Origin: a bacterium
GTDB lineage: Bacteria; Cyanobacteriota; Vampirovibrionia; Gastranaerophilales; Gastranaerophilaceae
Reading direction: 5' to 3'
DNA: 64,000 bases
Assembly: GCA_017542305.1 (NCBI GenBank)
Contig: JAFXXK010000008.1
Coordinates: 1 to 64,000 of the forward strand
In this document: in pieces, positions 46,915 to 55,856 of the stretch
Layout of the letters: each line of letters opens with the position of its first letter
Numbering within the stretch: position 1 is the first letter of the stretch
Position numbers and translations under genes: made by a program
The notes under the pieces: generated by a model
The model's input: only the letters and a program-made list of their open reading frames with translations
Databases searched by the model: none
What the model was told of the DNA's origin: nothing

Positions 46915-47598
46915 ATGAAATTAAAATTATTAGGGATTATGTTGTCACTGTTTTTGTTTGCTCAAACCGCAATATCTGCGCCGTTTAATGCAAATGCTAA
47001 AACTAAACGTATTCCTGCCGGCACACAGTTTACGCTTGAATTGATGAGTGATGTTACTTCTACAACTGCAGAAGGAACTGGTTTTTCAGCTATTTTGGTA
47101 ACTGATCAGAAAGAAGATAAAGATGTTATTTTACCGTCCGGTTCTCTTGTAAGAGGTACGGTAAGAAAAATTGTTCCGTCAAAAAGATTATCAAGAGGTG
47201 CTGTTGTTTATTTGGATTTTGACCATGTCGTTACCCCGAACGGCAGACAGTTACCGCTTTCATTATCCGTAATCGGACGTTCTGATATGACCATTGATGG
47301 TGGTATTACTACAACAAAAGGCTATGGCGATGCGGTAAAAGAAAATTGGAATAATACAAAAAGTATTACCAAAAAAGCTACTCAATGGGGTGTAGATACC
47401 GGTAACAAATTTTGGAACGGATACGGCAAAATCTTAACCGTACCTACGGGTGCAATCGGCGGTGGTATCGGCGGTGGTGCTTATTTCGTCGGGGATAGTA
47501 CTGCTGACCTTATCAGAAAAGGTAAAGAAGTTCAGATAGAAAAAGGATCAAAACTTCAGGTAATTCTTGTGGATCCTATTGATGTCCCGGTTATCTAA
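46915..47598 (+). CDS. Secreted TrbI/VirB10-like domain protein with a Gly-rich C-terminal motif
   Basis: The signal peptide is MKLKLLGIMLSLFLFAQTAISA. The VirB10/TrbI C-terminal pattern is RIPAGTQF...VILPSGSLVRGTV...LDFDHVVTPNGRQLPL...GRSDMTIDGG. The protein ends GAIGGGIGGGAYF. Confidence 0.4.
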   Translation: MKLKLLGIMLSLFLFAQTAISAPFNANAKTKRIPAGTQFTLELMSDVTSTTAEGTGFSAILVTDQKEDKDVILPSGSLVRGTVRKIVPSKRLSRGAVVYLDFDHVVTPNGRQLPLSLSVIGRSDMTIDGGITTTKGYGDAVKENWNNTKSITKKATQWGVDTGNKFWNGYGKILTVPTGAIGGGIGGGAYFVGDSTADLIRKGKEVQIEKGSKLQVILVDPIDVPVI

Positions 47599-47615
47599 TA
47601 ATAAATTATTTTAGT

Positions 47616-47650
47616 AAGATGTTAAGAGTTTTTACTCTTAACATCTTTTT
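47616..47650 (+). terminator. Rho-independent terminator
   Basis: The hairpin gatgttaagagt-tttt-actcttaacatc is followed by T5. Confidence 0.55.
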
Positions 47651-47726
47651 ATAAAAAAGATATAAAGACATCTTCTTTCATGCTATAATATTATAGTAAA
47701 ACATTCAGATGGAGAGATTTTAAGAT

Positions 47727-49571
47727 ATGTGTGGAATAGTAGGCTATATTGGGAATAAGTCTGTAGTTGATATTTTGGTAAACGGTTTAAGTCAGCTTGA
47801 ATATCGCGGATATGATTCTGCCGGAGTTGCTGTGCAGACGTCATCTAAAATAAAAGTTTATAAAGCTGAAGGAAAATTGGAAAATTTAAGTTCTGTCTTA
47901 ATGCAGCATAAATCGGAATTTGCCGATTCAACAATGGGCATCGGGCATATTCGCTGGGCAACTCATGGTGCGCCTAATGTAATTAACGCACATCCGCATA
48001 CTTGTAATTGCGGTAATCTTGTTATCGTTCATAACGGAATTATCGAAAACTATAAAGAATTAAAAGTTAAATTGGAAGCAAAAGGTGCAAAATTTCGTTC
48101 TCAAACGGACACAGAAGCCGTTGCTCACTTAATAGCATACAAATATGAAGAAACAAAAGATTTAACCGAGGCCGTAAGATTAGCAACTCAAGAGCTTGAC
48201 GGAGCTTATGCCCTTTGCGTTATGCACAACAACGAAAAGAATAAACTTATTGCAACAAAAAGAAATGCACCTTTGCTTGTAGGTGTCGGTGAAGATGAGT
48301 ATTATGTTGCATCAGACGTTCCTGCAATCATTCCGTATACAAAGAAAGCGATGTATTTAAACGATAATCAGATAGTTGAATTATCGAGAAGCGAAATGAA
48401 ATTATTTAACAGTAACGGGGAACCAATTCCACAGAAAGTTGAAATATTGCCTTGGGAACCTGTAGCCTTGAGTAAAATGGGTTATAAACACTTTATGTTG
48501 AAAGAAATTCATGAGCAGCCTGATGTTATCAGAAACATCCTTGTCGGGAAATTACACTCCGCTGATTCTCAGATTACTCTTGATGAAGTTAAACTTGATA
48601 AGCAGACACTTAAAGACCTGAACAGAATCCAGATTATTGCCTGCGGTACTTCATTACATGCCGCTATGATAGGAAAATATATCATTGAAAACTTCTGCGG
48701 AATTGCGGTAGATGTTGAAGCTTCCAGCGAATATATCTACAGGAAAACCGTTACGGATAAACACACTCTTGTAATCGGTGTTTCTCAGTCAGGAGAAACC
48801 GCAGATACATTAACTGCGATTAAGCAGGCAAAAGCAAGAGGATCTCATATTTTAATTATTACAAACAGACCTGACAGCGCAATGGCAAGAGAAGCAGACA
48901 GTTTAGTTCCCGTTAATGCAGGTATTGAGGTTTCTGTTGCAGCAACCAAATCATATATTGCGCAGCTTGTTTCATTCTATCTGTTGGCTTTATATATGGC
49001 TGAAATTAAGGGCAGTCTTGATGAATCCGTTTTAAAATCATTAAAATCGGAATTGACTCTTGTTCCGCAGAAGATTGAGCAGATACTTTCGCACAAAGAA
49101 GATATCCAAAAATGTGCACAGCATTACGCTAATACAAAAGATTTTATTTATGTCGCAAGAGGTATAAATTTCCCGACAGCTTTGGAAGGTGCGTTAAAAC
49201 TCAAGGAAATTAGCTATATTAATGCTACGGGTTATCCGGCAGGTGAACTTAAGCATGGACCTATTGCAATGTTAGACGAATCAATGCCTGTTCTTTCAAT
49301 ATTAATGAAAGGCTCGGTATATGAAAAACTTTTGTCCAACAGTGAAGAGGCAAAGGCCAGAAATGCAAGAATGATAGCATTAACAAATTCAACTTCCGAA
49401 AAATTAAAAGAATTGTTTGAATTTATAATTGAAGTTCCGGATATTCAGGAATTGTTATCACCTTTAATTGCAATGGTTCCGTTACAATTAATCGCTTACT
49501 ATATTGCAGAGTATCTTGGTAAAGATGTTGACCAGCCGAGAAACCTTGCAAAATCAGTTACGGTAGAATAA
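47727..49571 (+). CDS. glmS: Glutamine--fructose-6-phosphate aminotransferase (isomerising)
   Basis: The N-terminal MCGIVGY nucleophile motif and two SIS domains are present. The protein is 614 aa. Confidence 0.9.
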   Translation: MCGIVGYIGNKSVVDILVNGLSQLEYRGYDSAGVAVQTSSKIKVYKAEGKLENLSSVLMQHKSEFADSTMGIGHIRWATHGAPNVINAHPHTCNCGNLVIVHNGIIENYKELKVKLEAKGAKFRSQTDTEAVAHLIAYKYEETKDLTEAVRLATQELDGAYALCVMHNNEKNKLIATKRNAPLLVGVGEDEYYVASDVPAIIPYTKKAMYLNDNQIVELSRSEMKLFNSNGEPIPQKVEILPWEPVALSKMGYKHFMLKEIHEQPDVIRNILVGKLHSADSQITLDEVKLDKQTLKDLNRIQIIACGTSLHAAMIGKYIIENFCGIAVDVEASSEYIYRKTVTDKHTLVIGVSQSGETADTLTAIKQAKARGSHILIITNRPDSAMAREADSLVPVNAGIEVSVAATKSYIAQLVSFYLLALYMAEIKGSLDESVLKSLKSELTLVPQKIEQILSHKEDIQKCAQHYANTKDFIYVARGINFPTALEGALKLKEISYINATGYPAGELKHGPIAMLDESMPVLSILMKGSVYEKLLSNSEEAKARNARMIALTNSTSEKLKELFEFIIEVPDIQELLSPLIAMVPLQLIAYYIAEYLGKDVDQPRNLAKSVTVE

Positions 49572-49732
49572 TGATTAAATCAGAAACAATAAAACTAAAA
49601 CTTGAGCTGCCTGTTACTTCTGAGCAGGTAGAAAATGTTCTGAAAAATAAAGGGCTAAATGTTATTCGCTGGGCAATTACCGAAATAAACGGTAATGATG
49701 CGGTATTAACCATAGCTGTTAATAAGGAGTAG
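49571..49732 (+). CDS. Small ORF, 53 aa, translationally coupled to glmS (TAATG overlap)
   Basis: It is below the 60-aa cutoff of the ORF track. Hand translation gives MIKSETIKLKLELPVTSEQVENVLKNKGLNVIRWAITEINGNDAVLTIAVNKE. Its stop leaves aaggag positioned as the SD of the next gene. Confidence 0.35.
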   Translation: MIKSETIKLKLELPVTSEQVENVLKNKGLNVIRWAITEINGNDAVLTIAVNKE

Positions 49733-49736
49733 AATA

Positions 49737-50660
49737 ATGCATAGTGATATAAACCAGTTCAGAAGAAATTTTTATAATAATTATCATAATTATTTGATTC
49801 CGATTCTGAAGAGTTATGAAAAAGAGAGGGTGCTAAAATTAGTGACAGCTGTCACTGTATCCGGAATACTTATTTTGTTAGGTGTTTTGCTGTTGATTTT
49901 TACATTAAAATACTCATCAAAAAAAGATTGCAGAGGCGGTATATCTCTTATTATACTTGGCTATGCTGTATACTCCATAATTAAAAAGAATTTTGAAAAC
50001 AAAATAAAAGAACGTATTATGGATTCTGTTACACAATGCTTTGGAAATGAGATGACTTGGAGTCAACACTATTTGGATCACGATATTTTTGAAGATGCCG
50101 GAGTTATTTCATATTACGATAGCGTTGACGATGATGATGTTTTTTGCGGGAAATACCATGATGTAGATATTTCAGTAGTTGAATCCGAATATGAAAGAGG
50201 CAGCGGTAAAAACAGAACAACGATTTTTAAAGGAGTAATTATTAAACTAAAAATGTATAAAACATTCAGAAGTCATACGATGGTCTGTACGGATACTTTA
50301 TTCCACAGTTCTCCCATAAAAGGTCTGAACCGTACAGAGCTGGAAGACGTTGAGTTTGAAAAGAAATATGATGTATTTACCAATGACCCTATAGATGCCC
50401 GAGTTATTTTAACCCCTGTATTTATGGAAAAAATAAAGAATATAAAAATGGCTTTTAAATGTGAAAAGATAAAGTGCGTATTCTATCTTAATAATCTCAT
50501 TATAGCGATGCCGACAGGCACAAAAGATTTATTCTCAATAGGAAGTCTGGTAAAACCCGTTGCCGATCCGAAGCAATTTGAAGAACTTTTAAATCAATTT
50601 GTTTCAATACTTGCACTGATAGATCATTTGGAATTAAATAAAAATCTTATGCCTTATTAA
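49737..50660 (+). CDS. Hypothetical membrane protein, 307 aa, with two N-terminal TM helices
   Basis: The TM helices are LVTAVTVSGILILLGVLLLIF and ISLIILGYAVYSII. An aaggag SD lies upstream. Confidence 0.5.
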   Translation: MHSDINQFRRNFYNNYHNYLIPILKSYEKERVLKLVTAVTVSGILILLGVLLLIFTLKYSSKKDCRGGISLIILGYAVYSIIKKNFENKIKERIMDSVTQCFGNEMTWSQHYLDHDIFEDAGVISYYDSVDDDDVFCGKYHDVDISVVESEYERGSGKNRTTIFKGVIIKLKMYKTFRSHTMVCTDTLFHSSPIKGLNRTELEDVEFEKKYDVFTNDPIDARVILTPVFMEKIKNIKMAFKCEKIKCVFYLNNLIIAMPTGTKDLFSIGSLVKPVADPKQFEELLNQFVSILALIDHLELNKNLMPY

Positions 50661-51369
50661 GCCAATCTAAGCATAGACTTGTAAATTCATCTTTAAAGTG
50701 AAGATACAAATCCTCTGCGTGGCAGCCTTCATCAAATATATGCAGTTTTTTAATACATTTGGCATTCTTATAAAGTTTAGCCGTATGCCAAGCATGAACA
50801 GTAGGATCTTTTTTGCCTGCGACAAACAATGTCGGGCATTGCAAATCTTTGATTATTTCTATCGGTTTAATTTTAGCAAGTGGAATCGGATAGGGTCTGA
50901 TTGACATAAAACGGTCTAATTCAAACTTTTGGAAGGTTTCACCCCAAGCTTCCTTCTTCCACATTTGATTTTCGATTTTATCAAAGTCTGCCGGAGCGGA
51001 TACGGCAATAACCTTATCAATACTCTTATCCTCAGCAGCATAAATAATCGCAACTCCTGCACCTAAAGAAAATCCCGCAAGATGAATTTTCTTATACTTT
51101 TTTGATTTCGCAAAGTCAACTATGGCTTTAATATCCAAAATTTCTTTTGCCATAAAAGTATATAGACCTTCACTTTTTCCGTGACCTCTGAAATCAAAAC
51201 AAAGTACATCGTATTTTTGAGCAAACATTTCGCTGATTTTTCTGAAAGCATCCGAGTCTTTTGTCATACACCAACCGGGCGCAACTATAACAACTTCATC
51301 GTGTCCGCCCTTGTAATGATTTGTTGCTATTTCAATTTTATCTTCAGTTATTAATTTAAGTTCGTTCAT
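50647..51369 (-). CDS. Alpha/beta hydrolase, a possible lysophospholipase or esterase
   Basis: The nucleophile elbow GFSLGAG and the pattern HGKSEG...HLAG fit the fold. The gene overlaps the patatin gene by 14 nt. Confidence 0.65.
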   Translation of the reverse strand: MNELKLITEDKIEIATNHYKGGHDEVVIVAPGWCMTKDSDAFRKISEMFAQKYDVLCFDFRGHGKSEGLYTFMAKEILDIKAIVDFAKSKKYKKIHLAGFSLGAGVAIIYAAEDKSIDKVIAVSAPADFDKIENQMWKKEAWGETFQKFELDRFMSIRPYPIPLAKIKPIEIIKDLQCPTLFVAGKKDPTVHAWHTAKLYKNAKCIKKLHIFDEGCHAEDLYLHFKDEFTSLCLDWLNKA

Positions 51370-52225
51370 TATTATCCTCTAGGGTTTTAAAGTAATTCTT
51401 TACCGTATCATATCCGATTTTATATATTTCTTTTTTCTTATCATTTGAAAGGGCAAAATCTGTAAATGAAGTATTTGGAACATCTACCTGGATAATATCA
51501 AATTTTTTATTTTCACAATAAGTTTTTGTTGCGTCATTATCGATAATATATGCCGCTACGTTTACTATTGAATTTAAAAGTGCAACGGGATTTTTGCTGA
51601 AACGGTTATTCTTGCCGCCCGTCATACGAAATTCGAGGATTTTATTTTCGTTTTCTTCTAAGTCCGGCATGAGCTTCCATATCGGACGACCTCTTGAAAT
51701 ATCCCCATCTATCAGAATTTTATCTTCATATTTTACTGTAGGAATAAGGGTAGGCATTGCAGAAGAAGCCCTCATTGCCAATGCAATTTCAGTATCAGGA
51801 GTTGTTTCTTTGGAGAATATATGTAATTCGGAATTCAGCAGATTAGTTGCTACAATTCGTATATCTTTATCAATATCTTTAAAACATACGGGCTTCATTT
51901 TACCTTTTTGGTATGCTTCTTTATAGTATTTTGATTCAATTTTATGACGCAGCCATTTCAGGTATTTTTCACCACGACTTATTGCAACATCGTTTAAGAT
52001 ATTCCAATTAAAGTCCGTAAAAAGTTTCCATAAATCAAGGTCATTTATTTCTGTTTCAATTTCATCAATGCTGTATCCGATTGAATAAAACACAAGAAAA
52101 AGCGAACCGATGGATGAACCTATTCTTATATCAAATTCTATTCCCAATTCTTCGATGGCTTTTAACACCCCGACATAGGATAATCCTCTGACAGATCCCC
52201 CTGTAAATATGCAGTTATACTTCAT
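51356..52225 (-). CDS. Patatin-like phospholipase
   Basis: The oxyanion motif is GGSVRG. The serine lipase motif is GSSIG. A DGD region is present. Confidence 0.65.
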   Translation of the reverse strand: MKYNCIFTGGSVRGLSYVGVLKAIEELGIEFDIRIGSSIGSLFLVFYSIGYSIDEIETEINDLDLWKLFTDFNWNILNDVAISRGEKYLKWLRHKIESKYYKEAYQKGKMKPVCFKDIDKDIRIVATNLLNSELHIFSKETTPDTEIALAMRASSAMPTLIPTVKYEDKILIDGDISRGRPIWKLMPDLEENENKILEFRMTGGKNNRFSKNPVALLNSIVNVAAYIIDNDATKTYCENKKFDIIQVDVPNTSFTDFALSNDKKKEIYKIGYDTVKNYFKTLEDNNERT

Positions 52226-52227
52226 AC

Positions 52228-55200
52228 TTACAAGCCCTCATACCATTCCTGTAAATCTTTACGTTTAACTTTTTTGGTAGAAGTTTTCGGAAGCTCGTCA
52301 CGGTGAATAAGAACAACTGTAGGTGCTTTGTATGGTGCAAGGTTATCCGCACTCAGTTTCTTGACTTCTTCTTCAAGTAGTTTTTGAAGTTCTTCATCGG
52401 ATTTATCTGCAATATCATCTGCAGGGCAAATTACGGCAGCAACTTCTTCGGTACCTGCTTTACTGCCTGATTTTATCTTAACCGACATTACACAGAGCTC
52501 TTTTATGAGTTTTGAAGTTTCAAGTACAGCTTCAACTTCTTCGGGGAAAATTTTCTTTCCGCCGCCAAGTACAATCATATTTTTGATACGTCCGGTTATT
52601 CTTAAATAACCCTGACTGTCGAGTTCTCCTATATCACCCGTATGGAACCATCCGGCTTCATCAATAACCTCCGCCGTCATTTCAGGTTTGTTGTAGTAAC
52701 CCTGCATTACGTTAGGTCCTGTTGCAAGAACTTCACCGTTTTCAGCTATTTTAATCGTTACGGATGGCAATGCTTGTCCTACTGTACCGATTTTGTTTCT
52801 GCCATAGCAGTTTGTAGAGATGGTCGGACTTGTTTCTGTTAATCCGTACCCCTGAAATACAGGAACACCTATTCTTTCAAAGAATTCGGCAATATCACTC
52901 TCTAACGGTGCTCCGCCGGATACAAAACATTCTATCTTCCCGCCCAGTCCGTCAATTACGGATTTAAACATTGCTCTTTTAGCTTTTCTGGGCATAAATC
53001 GTGCAACTTTATACATAATATTAAACAGAGTTTTTTGAGTTTTCGGTAACTTATTAATCTGTTTATCAATGCTGTTTTTAAGCATCTTAATAACAAGCGG
53101 AACAACAATCATATTTGTAACTTGTTTTTCTTTCATTGCGGATGCAAGTTCTTTTGGGTTAAGTGATTTTATATAAACAACTTTTGCACCCATATAAAGC
53201 ATTCCAAAGAAACCTACATTAAGTTCTAAGGTATGATTCAGCGGTAATATTGAGAGAAGAGTATTTTTATGCGAAAGCTTCATTAAAATTTCGAAATCTC
53301 TTAACTGCGAGAATATGTTACCAAAGCTTATCATAACCCCCTTAGGATTACCTGTTGTACCAGAAGTATATACGATTAAAGCCGTATCGTCCAAGGTTCT
53401 CGGTGTACCTAAATCCTTATTCAAATCTCCGTTGAGTTCAGATATTGATTTAATTTCGGGATGTTCTCTTTCCTCATCATCAAGAACAAAAATTTGCTCA
53501 ATTGACGGAACGTTATTTTTGACCTCAATTGCATGGTCAAGATAATGGCTTGAACACAACAATATTCTGGGATTACAATCCGTTAAAATATGGGTATGCT
53601 CAGGTACGGTAAGTTTTACATCCAGAGGCACCGTAATTGCACCCGTCTGAATAGATGCAAACATTCCGATGCCAAACTCAGGTCTTGATTCGCATATTAT
53701 TGCGATTCTGTCTTTAGGTTTAACCCCGACGTTTTCAATAAGATAATTAGCAAGTTTCTTAGCTTCTCTTGAAAGTTCAATATAACTTAATTCCTGATAA
53801 CCGTCTTTTGTTTTTAATGATAGAGCTTTTACCTGACCGTACAAATCACTCTTCTCCTGCATTAAATCAAGGAAGTTGTCATAATGATCTTTTGTAACGT
53901 GGTAGCGGACACGTCTTTCCAGTGATTTTTTCAGGAAGTTTACTCTGTTCTGCAGTTCATGTGCAATATCTTTTTCATCGTGTTCGTGGTGATATAGAGG
54001 TTGCCCGAACTGAATAACTATTTTGTTAAATAATTTCGGAAGCTTTCTATTTTTACCCCACGTTTCAAACCCTCCTTTAATGGCGAAAGGAATAATAGGA
54101 GCATCTGCATGTTTTGCCATAATGCCGACTCCGCGGTTAAATTTGCATAAATTCCCGTCGGTTGTAAATTTGCCCTCAGGAAATATTACGATAGGTTCAC
54201 CGTTTTTGAGTTTTTTTACGGCATCTTCAATAGCCTCTAAACCTTTTCCAAACTGCAAAGGGAGAACATTAAAATATTTCAGTAAGTGTTTTATAACGGG
54301 AACTCTGAAAGCAGCAGGACCTGTTACAAACCATAATTGTCTGCTTGTTGCCATTTGCAAAATAAACGGATCAAGATGTCCCGTATGATTCCCTGCCAAA
54401 ATGACTTTCCCTTTTGCCGGAATATTCTCAACACCTTCAAATGTGTATTGGAAAAGTGTTAAGAATAACTGACCCAATGTGAGTTTGAACAGTAAGTATC
54501 TGAAGGATTTATCGAATATAAGAACTATTACGGCGAGCAGGAAGGATATACCGGCAATCCATTTGAGTACGTTAAGCGGGTTAATGTATCCTAATATATT
54601 TGCTACGACTAAAGTCCCGATTAAGAAGCTCAAAGTGCTCAGGGCAAGCTGTAAACCGAAAACTTTACCTCTTACTTTATCGGGTACGATTTTTTGCAGA
54701 ATCGTATCTAACATAACAACGACTACCGCATCTGCCATACCGATAGGGATTAACCACATCCATGCAGAGTGAATACTCCTGCACAGCGGAGCTGTCATTA
54801 GTGATAGGAACAGTACAAGAAAGCCTGTTGCAAATAAATGCGGTACCCTCATTATTCTGGCAAAATAAATAGATGTTCCTAACCCGATTATTATACCTAC
54901 GCCCAAAATGGTTCTCAGATAAGTCAAATCCGAGAAAGTTAGTCCGTAAAAATCCGTAATTAAAGCATTTAGTGTATTAGAAAATGCTGCAACAACAAAT
55001 TGAATTCCAATGGATAACCCTACAAGATATAATGCCCTTTTGTGCTTTTGAAGATATTTAAATGCTATCTTCATATCATTAACAGTTTTTTCTTTCAAAT
55101 ATTTTTGAGGAATTATAAATTTAAGGGAACCGGTTAATATAGCGGCAATCAAATACATTCCGGCTACTACGCATAAAGCTCTTATGCTGCCGTATGATGA

Positions 55201-55719
55201 GCCCAGTATATTCGCAATTAATGCACCTAGTAATAATGCAATAGCTCCGATAGCGGAAGTTAATGCGTTGGCGAATTTTAATTGCTGCGGTACAACAACA
55301 TTGGTTATTGCTGCCATTTTAGTAGTATAGAACAGAGCGGCTCCCATACCGAGCAGGAAAGCTCCGCAATAGATATAACCGTTTGTCAGTAAGCCGTTAT
55401 ATACACAGTAGATTAAAACTCCGATACATAACGCCCTGTATATGCAGCTGGAGGCTAAGGCAAGCTGTCTCGGAATTCGGTCGGACAATTCGCCTGCAAA
55501 CGGGCTTAATAAAAATTGGGGCAATAAAAACGAGAAAAATGTTATTGCCATTGATTTCCCGACACTTCCGGAAAATTGCATTAATATTGCTACAAGCAAA
55601 AATTGAACAATAGCATCGGCAAAGTGTGAAAAAACCTGACCGAAAAACAGTTTATCAAATTCAAAATTAGCGATAGGTCCTAATTTCTTTTTTATAACTT
55701 CCATAGATATTTCTCCCAA
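52228..55719 (-). CDS. Tri-domain fusion: an MFS lysophospholipid transporter (LplT-like), a PlsC-type acyltransferase, and an AMP-binding acyl-ACP synthetase (Aas-like)
   Basis: The N-terminal roughly 400 aa carry 12 TM helices. The middle domain has the HX4D motif AGNHTGHLDPF and FPEGKF. The C-terminus has the AMP-binding motif LIVYTSGTTGNPKGV. The 1163-aa frame is uninterrupted. Confidence 0.7.
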   Translation of the reverse strand: MGEISMEVIKKKLGPIANFEFDKLFFGQVFSHFADAIVQFLLVAILMQFSGSVGKSMAITFFSFLLPQFLLSPFAGELSDRIPRQLALASSCIYRALCIGVLIYCVYNGLLTNGYIYCGAFLLGMGAALFYTTKMAAITNVVVPQQLKFANALTSAIGAIALLLGALIANILGSSYGSIRALCVVAGMYLIAAILTGSLKFIIPQKYLKEKTVNDMKIAFKYLQKHKRALYLVGLSIGIQFVVAAFSNTLNALITDFYGLTFSDLTYLRTILGVGIIIGLGTSIYFARIMRVPHLFATGFLVLFLSLMTAPLCRSIHSAWMWLIPIGMADAVVVVMLDTILQKIVPDKVRGKVFGLQLALSTLSFLIGTLVVANILGYINPLNVLKWIAGISFLLAVIVLIFDKSFRYLLFKLTLGQLFLTLFQYTFEGVENIPAKGKVILAGNHTGHLDPFILQMATSRQLWFVTGPAAFRVPVIKHLLKYFNVLPLQFGKGLEAIEDAVKKLKNGEPIVIFPEGKFTTDGNLCKFNRGVGIMAKHADAPIIPFAIKGGFETWGKNRKLPKLFNKIVIQFGQPLYHHEHDEKDIAHELQNRVNFLKKSLERRVRYHVTKDHYDNFLDLMQEKSDLYGQVKALSLKTKDGYQELSYIELSREAKKLANYLIENVGVKPKDRIAIICESRPEFGIGMFASIQTGAITVPLDVKLTVPEHTHILTDCNPRILLCSSHYLDHAIEVKNNVPSIEQIFVLDDEEREHPEIKSISELNGDLNKDLGTPRTLDDTALIVYTSGTTGNPKGVMISFGNIFSQLRDFEILMKLSHKNTLLSILPLNHTLELNVGFFGMLYMGAKVVYIKSLNPKELASAMKEKQVTNMIVVPLVIKMLKNSIDKQINKLPKTQKTLFNIMYKVARFMPRKAKRAMFKSVIDGLGGKIECFVSGGAPLESDIAEFFERIGVPVFQGYGLTETSPTISTNCYGRNKIGTVGQALPSVTIKIAENGEVLATGPNVMQGYYNKPEMTAEVIDEAGWFHTGDIGELDSQGYLRITGRIKNMIVLGGGKKIFPEEVEAVLETSKLIKELCVMSVKIKSGSKAGTEEVAAVICPADDIADKSDEELQKLLEEEVKKLSADNLAPYKAPTVVLIHRDELPKTSTKKVKRKDLQEWYEGL

Positions 55720-55856
55720 TTAATATGCTTTATTAATTATATATTTTTTTGGTTGATGTGGCAATAATGTTTATTTGTTTAAATATTGATGTTTTTATGT
55801 TATTCTTTAGCTTGGAGATATAATCGAACATAATCTTTTCAGAAAGAGTTTCAAAA

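Noticed and set aside
47599-47726. Possible glmS ribozyme in the glmS 5' UTR
   Set aside because: The UTR is too short, at about 75 nt after the upstream terminator. It has no recognisable ribozyme core sequences.
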